A stretch of 64,000 nucleotides of DNA, taken from positions 9,384 to 73,383 of the forward strand of contig JBMNTR010000001.1 in NCBI GenBank assembly GCA_050945835.1, read 5' to 3'. Positions 49,265-56,527 of the stretch are shown piece by piece; the stretch's first letter is position 1; each line of letters starts with the position of its first letter. A program made the position numbers and the translations under genes. This DNA comes from Christensenellales bacterium. GTDB lineage: Bacteria; Bacillota; Clostridia; Christensenellales; JBMNTQ01. The notes below the pieces were generated by a model. It did not search any database. It had not been told where the DNA came from and saw only the letters and a list, made by a program, of their open reading frames with translations.

Positions 49265-49782
49265 AAAACGACGAATACAACACCTACTTGCGCAAGACAC
49301 AGGTCGTGCCCAAAAATTGTTCGGACATCCGCTTCAGAGGCAAGCTGGATACGTTGTATGCCTTCATACTCAACGCCTGCGTGATGGCTGACGAACTGGG
49401 CATATACGATGCATCGGCGGATTTACAAAGCATGGGGCAGTGCTGCCTGAATATCTTGGGCGCGCATGTGCGCGACGCACCGATCGAGCAAATCTGTATG
49501 CTGGGGTTGTCCGAAGATGCGCTGCGAAAAGTCTCACACAACCCGCAAGAATACGGCATCGCGCATTTTTTGCCCTGCGTGACAGACGGCGCACTGATCG
49601 CCGCTGTGAACTTGGTGCGTGTACATGCACGGGAAACAGAGTGCGATGCGGTGGAATACTTTGCAGACAAACAGCCGAGCTATGTCCGCGCGCTCAACAG
49701 AATATCCAGCGCCGCGTACATCATCATGTGCCGCATCAAGGGCGACTTTTATGCTAAAAAAGGTGTGAAGCAAGAAGAATAG
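49261..49782 (+). CDS. Cobalamin adenosyltransferase-like protein (PF01923-like; low certainty)
   Basis: 173 aa. The TTG start overlaps the holA stop. IRFRGKLDTLYAFIL resembles the RGKLDxL block I recall from EutT-independent/PduO-related adenosyltransferases. Confidence 0.4.
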   Translation: MKNDEYNTYLRKTQVVPKNCSDIRFRGKLDTLYAFILNACVMADELGIYDASADLQSMGQCCLNILGAHVRDAPIEQICMLGLSEDALRKVSHNPQEYGIAHFLPCVTDGALIAAVNLVRVHARETECDAVEYFADKQPSYVRALNRISSAAYIIMCRIKGDFYAKKGVKQEE

Positions 49783-49895
49783 TGCATGTGTTGCGCAAAA
49801 AGGAAGCGTGTTTGGTTGAGATCAAGCACGCCGCGCGGCATGAAAGGGTACGGCTGCTGCGGATTTGTGCGCGCTCAACGCCGCAACAAAAAGAG

Positions 49896-50681
49896 CTAGG
49901 GCTTTTTTTGCACAGCTGGCTTTCGTCTTTGCTTTTCAAAGACCGCCTTTTGAATGGCTTGCAGAGAATCGTGATTGTGTAGCGAATACATGTTGCGATA
50001 GGCGAGTATAAGCCGTACGTGTACGGCGGCCCGGTTTTGGATCAGGCTTTCATAGCGGTCCCGCAATATTTGGATGCCGTCGTCCAGCATCTCGTGTATG
50101 TGCTCGTGGCGGTGCTGTATCTGCTTTCTGAGCTTGCTCATCACTTCCAACCGTTTGTGAAGGCTATGCAAAGAAGTGCTGACATAGGTAAGATCGCTGG
50201 CCAGATACAAAAGGAATACGCCTGTGACGAGGAGCAGTGTCAGCAGTGAGAACCCGGCGGCGAGTTTCGCCACCTCCGGATGGAGGACGTCCAGCAGGGT
50301 GACGCTGAGTATACCCCATATGAGCGAAGTGGTCAGCGAGATGCGGCCGCGGAAGGTGAGAAACTGATAACGCCAGAAACGCATTTTGTAGATACGCTCT
50401 AAAAGGCAGTTGGTGCCGTATTCCAGCGCTGTGGACAGCACCATGGCGCACAACAGCAGTATGGTGACATTCTGCACCCAATGCGACAGCACGATCATAC
50501 ACAGAGCGCCTGCGCCGTAAAGGGGGCAGAAAGGGCCTGTAAGAAAGCCGCGGTTGACCGGCCGTTTTTCGCGCAGGCTTCCATAAAGACTTTCCAGCAG
50601 CCAGCCCATGAAGCTATATAGAATGAAATAAAAGCAAAATGAAAAAAGAGTATGCAAACGACTCCGCCCTCCTACACCCAT
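49896..50681 (-). CDS. Membrane protein of the 'putative ABC-transporter type IV' / DUF1113 family
   Basis: 261 aa with …ILYSFMGWLLESLYGSL…NRGFLTGPFCPLYGAGAL…. Confidence 0.6.
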   Translation of the reverse strand: MGVGGRSRLHTLFSFCFYFILYSFMGWLLESLYGSLREKRPVNRGFLTGPFCPLYGAGALCMIVLSHWVQNVTILLLCAMVLSTALEYGTNCLLERIYKMRFWRYQFLTFRGRISLTTSLIWGILSVTLLDVLHPEVAKLAAGFSLLTLLLVTGVFLLYLASDLTYVSTSLHSLHKRLEVMSKLRKQIQHRHEHIHEMLDDGIQILRDRYESLIQNRAAVHVRLILAYRNMYSLHNHDSLQAIQKAVFEKQRRKPAVQKKP

Positions 50682-50910
50682 TTAATATATCAGAATCCCA
50701 AACAAAAAGGTATAGATAAACAAAAATATACACCTGTGGCATTTATTTCTATGTATAAAAAATACAACCAATTTGAAATTGCAGGGCATCTGTGTTAGAA
50801 TAACGCTCGTAAGAGGGGATAAAGCGATACGTGTGATGAAAAAATGGAAAAGCATGCTCGTATATTTCCAAAATCAGAACGACCAGCGAATCCGAAACGG
50901 ATAAAGGACG

Positions 50911-51369
50911 GTGAAAATTTTGACACAAAAGAAAAAATTATGGCGCATCATATTGCTGATATGTTTTGCGCTGCTGCTCACGGGCTGCAGCGAATCAGGG
51001 GAGGACAGCAACGCACAGAACAGCGAATCACCGGGCACCTTGGCGGAGGGTGAATCCGCCGCACCCGCCCCCACGCCCACGCCTACACCCACGCCGACGC
51101 CCACACCCACGCCCAAGCACATACAGCTGCTGGGGAAATGGACGCTTGAGGGCAACGGCGGCACATACGAATTCAAAGAAGACGGCACGCTGGACATCAT
51201 GTTTCCCACAGGCTATACCGCGACCTGGACCTATGAAGCCGACGAGGAGACGATCAAGTTTGTGCGGGCAGAGGACGATGCCATCGTGAACCAATACGAC
51301 ATCGTAGACGATGTGCTCAAATGGACAGACGAAGCGGAAATCGAATATACGGCCAAGCGCGAAAAGTAA
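50911..51369 (+). CDS. Small lipoprotein with a Pro-Thr linker
   Basis: 152 aa. GTG start, lipobox LLTGC, APAP(TP)7 linker. Confidence 0.65.
   Translation: MKILTQKKKLWRIILLICFALLLTGCSESGEDSNAQNSESPGTLAEGESAAPAPTPTPTPTPTPTPTPKHIQLLGKWTLEGNGGTYEFKEDGTLDIMFPTGYTATWTYEADEETIKFVRAEDDAIVNQYDIVDDVLKWTDEAEIEYTAKREK
51061..51114 (+). repeat. Hexanucleotide (ACN-CCN) tandem repeat encoding APAP(TP)7
   Basis: gcacccgccccc followed by 7 x (ac[g/a] cc[c/t/g]). Confidence 0.9.
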
Positions 51370-51382
51370 GCGCATACAATTC

Positions 51383-51420
51383 ATAATCCCCCTAGGCATA
51401 GCCCCGGGGGGATTATTGTT
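51383..51420. terminator. Hairpin/terminator between the convergent lipoprotein and PHP genes
   Basis: 10-bp stem ATAATCCCCC/GGGGGATTAT followed by TGTTTG. Confidence 0.65.
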
Positions 51421-51496
51421 TGATGCGCTCGTGTGAGAAGCTTGCGCTGCAACAGAACAGCCCCTTGGGCCAAAACGGGCCTCAGCGCTGTGCGGG

Positions 51497-52201
51497 CTAG
51501 CCTTCACAGAGCCCTTTTTGGCGCAGCAGTGCTAAAAAATCCTCATCCAATCGGTTTTCCGCTTCGGAGATATCCCACAGATAATGTGCGTCTGAATTCT
51601 TGAGCAGCGGCAGATCGGCTAAAAGCGGATTGCTTTCGATTATGCCGCTTTTTTTTGACACGTCGGCCAGCTCATAGGCGTCCATGACACACTCCTGCGG
51701 TACGAAACCCAGGTTGGACAGAAGGCTGAAGGTGCTTTTGTCGATATGGGCGGGAAAATAAACGCCGCCAAAACGCTGCATAAGCGCTTCAAGCTCGAAA
51801 AACGAGATGCTGCTCGCGTTGATAAGCAGCTTGTCCACGCTGCCTGTCACTTCGTCGTGCTCATTCAGTATGAGTTGTTCGCCGAATATGGCGGGATCGT
51901 TGAGAATAGGGGGCAAGCGTTCCGCCACATATTCGTCGAACGCAAGCGCCTGTTCCAACTGCGTGAACAGACATACGGCGTGCACTTCCTCCGCCGTATT
52001 GATCTCCATGCCGCTCAACGCCAAAATGCCCGCCTTTTGGGCAACCTTCAAAAAGGCCGGGCAGTTTTTTGCGGTATTATGGTCTGTGAGCGCGATGATG
52101 TCCAGCTCCTTGAGCCGGGCCATATGTACGATGTTGTTCACGCTCATATCCCTGTCCCCGCAGGGAGACAGGCAGGAATGAATATGCAGATCGTAATAAA
52201 T
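51497..52201 (-). CDS. PHP-domain phosphoesterase; N-terminus has no canonical start codon
   Basis: The track ORF starts at ATG 52147. The same frame is open upstream and encodes …IYYDLHIHSCLSPCGDRD-MSVNN…, which contains the PHP metal-binding motif DLHIHS. The only plausible initiator is ATT 52201, 7 nt after GGGGGTG. Confidence 0.65.
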   Translation of the reverse strand: MYYDLHIHSCLSPCGDRDMSVNNIVHMARLKELDIIALTDHNTAKNCPAFLKVAQKAGILALSGMEINTAEEVHAVCLFTQLEQALAFDEYVAERLPPILNDPAIFGEQLILNEHDEVTGSVDKLLINASSISFFELEALMQRFGGVYFPAHIDKSTFSLLSNLGFVPQECVMDAYELADVSKKSGIIESNPLLADLPLLKNSDAHYLWDISEAENRLDEDFLALLRQKGLCEG

Positions 52202-52221
52202 CGGTGAACACCCCCAAGACG

Positions 52222-52551
52222 TTACAGGTTTTGATCGATCGCTTTGGCGGTTTCAAAAACGGAATTTTTGCTTGAAAGGATGGGGATCCCCTCCGTGTTG
52301 GCTTTTTGCAGGGCTTGGTCGTCCGCCTGTGCGCTTTCGGCCAGCACGATGCAGGACACATCCGTCAAAGACGCGACGGCCACCGCGTTGACATTGCCCA
52401 TAACGGTCACCCATGCGCTGCTTTCAGGTGCGCGCCCCATGGCGAAGCTCAGCAGATCGCAGCAATAGACGCTTGATATGGGTGCATCTAGCCCTTGTTC
52501 CCCTGCTAAGATATCAAAGCCCAGCCGATGCGCCGCTTCTTTTACCGTCAT
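52222..52551 (-). CDS. DRTGG-domain protein (copy B)
   Basis: 109 aa. The start overlaps the stop of the upstream gene (ATGA). DRTGG-like sequence (…CCDLLSFAMG…VTVMGNVNAVAVASL…). Confidence 0.7.
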   Translation of the reverse strand: MTVKEAAHRLGFDILAGEQGLDAPISSVYCCDLLSFAMGRAPESSAWVTVMGNVNAVAVASLTDVSCIVLAESAQADDQALQKANTEGIPILSSKNSVFETAKAIDQNL

Positions 52552-53882
52552 AGTTCCAAATCCTCCTCCGGTTCGTCGTGTTCAACCCACGGTTCGCTGT
52601 GTGCGTCTATACTGCTCAGCTTTGCCAGCTGCTGCGCGATATCATGCATGGTTTCCTTGAGCACGAATATGCACTCGTCCTTTTCGCAGTAGCCGCGGAC
52701 GATATCCTCCGCAAAAGCATGACAGGAGGGCGACCCGCAGGAGCCGCAGTCCAGCCCGCGCAGGCTTTCGGTGATGCGATCGATCTCCACCATCTTCTCC
52801 ATGGCGATGGCGAGGTCGTCGTCCAGCTGCATGACCGGCTTGTAGGTGACCGGCTGGTTCCACATCACACGATTGGGGTCGGAATCCGCCTTCAAGCCGT
52901 TGCGTGATGGCGGCAGCCCTTTGCGCAGCTGCTTGAGCTTTGCGCTCGCGATAAACGGATTCTGCACCGTCAACACACCGCCCACGCAGCCGCCCGGGCA
53001 GGCGTTTAACTCCACGAAATCCACGCTGAATTTATCGTCTTCCAGCTTTTCAAGCACACGGATGCAGTTTTCGATACCGTCTGCTGCCAGATATTGGTCG
53101 TCATTGGTGGCGAGCGCCTCGCCGCCGCTGCTTCCCCAGCGAATGCCCTCGCCGCCGGATTTCTGCAAGGCGGTATTCGCTTTTTCCGCCTTCATGATGT
53201 TGAGCAGCTTGGGATAGATCTCCTTGATGGCGATGGCCGCGTCCAGATTGCTTTGATCGCTGCCCAGCGGGTTGGCCACGGTGGTCACCTTGGCGGGGCA
53301 GGGCGAAATAAACACCGTGCCGATTTTTTCAGCACTCAGCCCCGTTTTCTTCATGGCGTTCTGCTTGGCAATATAGCCCGCGAGCTCGGCGGGCGTGATG
53401 ATGGGCAGTATATTGTCGATCAAATCCGGAAACCGCATTTGAATGAGCCTTGTGATGGTGGGGCAGGCCGAGCTGATGATGGGTTTTTTAAAATCACCCT
53501 TTTCAATAAATTTTCTGGTGGCGTCGGATATGATCTCGGCGGCGGTGGCCACTTCGAACACATCGTCAAACCCGAGCGCGAGCAACGCGTTGAGCAGCAC
53601 GTTGATGTTTTTGAGCTTGGTAAACTGCCCGTACAGCGAGGGCGCGGGCAGCGCGATGGTATACTCGAATTTATCGAGCACATCCAATGAATCATACACC
53701 GCTTTTTTAGCGTGATGCGGGCAAACGCGTATGCATTCGCCGCAGTCGATGCAGCGGTCCGACATGATTTCGGCTTTTCCTTTGCGAACCCGGATAGCTT
53801 CGGTCGGGCAGCGCTTTAAGCAGTTGGTGCAGCCTTTGCACCAATCGCGGCGCAATGTAACAGAATGAAAGATGGGATCCAA
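52548..53882 (-). CDS. [FeFe]-hydrogenase-like (HydS-type) Fe-S protein: 2x[4Fe-4S] ferredoxin domain, H-cluster-domain homologue, C-terminal Cys-rich Fe-S domain
   Basis: 444 aa. Ferredoxin motifs CKGCTNCLKRCP and CIDCGECIRVCP. H-domain motifs SSACPTI (versus TSCCP), SPCPAK (versus MPCxxK) and ACPGGCVGG. The C-terminus has LDCGSCGSPSCHAF. No PAS domain is visible. Confidence 0.8.
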   Translation of the reverse strand: MDPIFHSVTLRRDWCKGCTNCLKRCPTEAIRVRKGKAEIMSDRCIDCGECIRVCPHHAKKAVYDSLDVLDKFEYTIALPAPSLYGQFTKLKNINVLLNALLALGFDDVFEVATAAEIISDATRKFIEKGDFKKPIISSACPTITRLIQMRFPDLIDNILPIITPAELAGYIAKQNAMKKTGLSAEKIGTVFISPCPAKVTTVANPLGSDQSNLDAAIAIKEIYPKLLNIMKAEKANTALQKSGGEGIRWGSSGGEALATNDDQYLAADGIENCIRVLEKLEDDKFSVDFVELNACPGGCVGGVLTVQNPFIASAKLKQLRKGLPPSRNGLKADSDPNRVMWNQPVTYKPVMQLDDDLAIAMEKMVEIDRITESLRGLDCGSCGSPSCHAFAEDIVRGYCEKDECIFVLKETMHDIAQQLAKLSSIDAHSEPWVEHDEPEEDLEL

Positions 53883-53911
53883 TTATAACACCTTCTTTAA
53901 AAATGGTCAGA

Positions 53912-54340
53912 TCAAGTTACATTTAATACGGTCATGGAAATGGTGGTGCCTTCGCCTATTGTGCTCGAAATCTCAAAATCATCCGCATATTTCTTCATAT
54001 TGGGGAGCCCCATACCTGCGCCAAACCCAAGATCGCGCACATCGTTTGAAGCTGTGGAATAGCCGGCCTTCATGGCCAGATCAATATTGGGTATGCCCGG
54101 GCCGTGATCCACAAGCTGCATGTCGATACGATCCGTATGGATGGTTGCGGTAATCTCGCCGCCATTGGCATGGATCACCATGTTGATCTCGCCTTCATAC
54201 AATGCGATCGCGACTTTACGCACGACTTCAGGCGGAAACCCCAGGCGCTTCAATGCTTTTTTTATGTTGCTGGAGGCTTCCCCCGCACGCGTGAAATCAT
54301 CGCCCGGCACTTGATAGCTGAGCACGATCGGAGCGCTCAT
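53912..54340 (-). CDS. RsbW/SpoIIAB-like serine-protein-kinase-type ATPase (HATPase_c_2)
   Basis: 142 aa with …EGEINMVIHANGG…VDHGPGIPN…GFGAGMGLPN…. The ATG overlaps the upstream stop (TAATG). Confidence 0.75.
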   Translation of the reverse strand: MSAPIVLSYQVPGDDFTRAGEASSNIKKALKRLGFPPEVVRKVAIALYEGEINMVIHANGGEITATIHTDRIDMQLVDHGPGIPNIDLAMKAGYSTASNDVRDLGFGAGMGLPNMKKYADDFEISSTIGEGTTISMTVLNVT

Positions 54341-54687
54341 TACTCCACACCGCCCCTCAATCCGTTTTCATAGAGTAACCCGCAGGCTGTGAACATATGA
54401 TGTTTGGTCGCGAGCAGGCAGATTTCCTTTTCTTTCGCCATTTCAATCGTTATTTCGTCCGGTTGTTTGTTGCGCACAAAAACGATGCATTCAATGTCCA
54501 TCATTTCCGCGGTGCGCACCACTTGCGGGTTCATCATACCGCTTAAAAGGACAGGCTGGTCTTTCGCAAAAGCGAGCACGTCGCTCATCAAGTCACTGCC
54601 GCAGGCGGTGTGGATCTCATGGTCCATCTTATTTGCGCAGCAGTATACCGTGGCGTCCAGGATTTCCTTTACTTCTTGAATTGTCAT
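54340..54687 (-). CDS. DRTGG-domain protein (copy A)
   Basis: 115 aa. It is the first gene of the minus-strand operon. The ATG follows GGGAGG. Confidence 0.7.
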   Translation of the reverse strand: MTIQEVKEILDATVYCCANKMDHEIHTACGSDLMSDVLAFAKDQPVLLSGMMNPQVVRTAEMMDIECIVFVRNKQPDEITIEMAKEKEICLLATKHHMFTACGLLYENGLRGGVE

Positions 54688-54751
54688 AAACTACCTCCCA
54701 AGATTCAGATAATACGATCATTGCAGTGATGCATAACAAACGGAAACCAGC

Positions 54752-54763
54752 TGTTCATGAACA
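54752..54763. promoter_or_regulatory. Perfect 12-bp palindrome TGTTCATGAACA upstream of the sensor operon
   Basis: It is exactly self-complementary and lies 65 nt upstream of the DRTGG-A start. Confidence 0.35.
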
Positions 54764-54903
54764 ACCGTAATCTATAATAATATGATACAATCAGTTCAAG
54801 TATGCATGGATTTTAGCAAAAAGTCAATTGTACACTTCACACGGATCGTATTTGGAAAACATTTCAGAGTGATACGACTAATTATTTAAAAAAATGTGGT
54901 TTT

Positions 54904-54937
54904 TTGTGTAGATTTCACAAGGGAAATTTGCTATGAT
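54904..54937 (+). promoter_or_regulatory. Candidate hyd operon promoter (extended -10 TGCTATGAT) with an overlapping inverted repeat TTGTG-N7-CACAA
   Basis: TTGTGTAGATTTCACAA spans 54904-54920. TGcTATGAT spans 54929-54937. hydC starts about 125 nt downstream. Confidence 0.45.
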
Positions 54938-55062
54938 ATCTATGTTAGCTGATATTCATGTTTTCAGGTGCTTTATCGGGTTGCGCCCCGATGGAGCAAT
55001 TTGGCGTCCCAACGGTAAAATATGGATACGGCGTAAAAGTTGTGTAAGGAGATAATGCCGGA

Positions 55063-55563
55063 ATGCAAAACACTAAAACGAAGATCCCTTTTGAGGGCAG
55101 CGCGGAGCAGGAAAAGCAACTGCTCTCAGTCATCAACGGGCTCAAGAGCCAAAGAGGCTCGCTAATGCCCATCTTGCAGCAAGCGCAGGATATCTATGGT
55201 TATCTGCCCATAGAGGTGCAGACCATCATTGCGCGGGAACTGAAAATCCCTATCGAAGAGGTGTATGGGGTGGTGACATTCTACTCACAGTTTGCACTCA
55301 ACCCCAAAGGAAAGTACAGGATCGCCGTTTGTTTGGGTACGGCATGCTATGTGAAAGGCGCAGGCGACATTTTCGACGGCTTCTCACAGCGGCTGGGCAT
55401 ACAGAGCGGAGAATGCACGGAAGACGGGCAGTTTTCACTGGAGGCTTGCCGTTGCATCGGTGCGTGCGGGCTGGCGCCCGTTTTGATGGTAAACGACGAG
55501 GATGTGTTCGGGCAGGTGACGGTTGACGAACTCGACGACATCATCGGAAAATATAGGGCCTGA
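55063..55563 (+). CDS. hydC: NuoE-like [2Fe-2S] subunit of the NAD(P)H-linked [FeFe]-hydrogenase
   Basis: 166 aa. NuoE pattern …AVCLGTACYVKGA…EACRCIGACGLAPV…. Confidence 0.85.
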   Translation: MQNTKTKIPFEGSAEQEKQLLSVINGLKSQRGSLMPILQQAQDIYGYLPIEVQTIIARELKIPIEEVYGVVTFYSQFALNPKGKYRIAVCLGTACYVKGAGDIFDGFSQRLGIQSGECTEDGQFSLEACRCIGACGLAPVLMVNDEDVFGQVTVDELDDIIGKYRA

Positions 55564-55566
55564 TCC

Positions 55567-56112
55567 ATGCAGGAGCTGTCCATGCATGTGCTTGATATCG
55601 CGCAGAACTCCGTGCGTGCCGGCGCCAGCGAGATCACGGTGATGCTGGAGGAGGATATCAAAAACGACAGCCTAGTGGTTACGATTACTGACAACGGTTG
55701 CGGTATGACCGAAGAGCAAGTTGAAAAGGTGACGGATCCGTTTTTCACCACGCGCACCACGCGCAAGATAGGCTTAGGCATTCCGTTTTTCAAGATGGCG
55801 GCTGAAATGACGGGAGGAAGCTTTCGGATCCAATCAGAAGTGGGAAAAGGCACAAAGGTAACGGCTGCGTTTGTCCGCTCCCATATCGACCGGATGCCGC
55901 TCGGCGATATGAACGAGACGATGGGCCAGCTGATGTGTTTGAACGAGGGAATTGATATTACTTACGCATACCGGATCGACGGCAAGGAGTTTTCGGTATC
56001 TTCCAACAGCTTTTGCGAGGTGCTGGAGGGTGTGCCGCTGAACACACCGCAGGTAATACAGTTTGTGATTCAGCATCTTAAAGAAAATACAGACGAATTA
56101 ATTGAGGCATGA
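55567..56112 (+). CDS. Stand-alone histidine-kinase-like ATPase (HATPase_c only, no HisKA or sensor)
   Basis: 181 aa with …DNGCGMTEEQ…GLGIPF…GGSFRIQSEVGKGT…. It is embedded between hydC and the 2Fe-2S gene. Confidence 0.75.
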   Translation: MQELSMHVLDIAQNSVRAGASEITVMLEEDIKNDSLVVTITDNGCGMTEEQVEKVTDPFFTTRTTRKIGLGIPFFKMAAEMTGGSFRIQSEVGKGTKVTAAFVRSHIDRMPLGDMNETMGQLMCLNEGIDITYAYRIDGKEFSVSSNSFCEVLEGVPLNTPQVIQFVIQHLKENTDELIEA

Positions 56113-56134
56113 TTAACATCGAATGGAGGCATCT

Positions 56135-56503
56135 ATGAAAAACTTAGCGGAACTTCAGGCATTGAGGGAAAAGATGAAAGGCCAGATGGGCATACGGGCA
56201 GATGCACCGGAAAACATCCGTATTGTCGTAGGTATGGCAACTTGCGGGATTGCTGCGGGCGCCAGACCTGTGCTCACGGCGATCAACGAGGAGGTTTCAA
56301 AGCGCAATCTGCATAACGTCACCGTCGCGCAGACGGGCTGTATCGGTATTTGCCAGTTTGAGCCGGTTGTGGAGATCCATGCACCGGGCAAGGATAAGGT
56401 GACCTATGTGCGTATGACTCCGGAAAAAGCAGTACGGGTCGTTGTGGATCATATTGTCAACGGACACCCGGTTTCAGAGTATACAATCGGCGCCAACGTT
56501 TAA
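56135..56503 (+). CDS. Thioredoxin-like [2Fe-2S] ferredoxin-domain protein
   Basis: The ATG at 56135 lies 7 nt after TGGAGG. Motif: VGMATCGIAAGA…TGCIGICQFEP. Confidence 0.75.
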   Translation: MKNLAELQALREKMKGQMGIRADAPENIRIVVGMATCGIAAGARPVLTAINEEVSKRNLHNVTVAQTGCIGICQFEPVVEIHAPGKDKVTYVRMTPEKAVRVVVDHIVNGHPVSEYTIGANV

Positions 56504-56527
56504 ATAAGAAATGAGGGAGAAAACATT

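Noticed and set aside
52077-52361. 94-aa ORF overlapping the DRTGG-B/PHP junction
   Set aside because: It is out of frame with both real genes and highly basic with low complexity. It is relevant only because its frame supplies the TTG/GTG codons discussed in the PHP start-codon finding.
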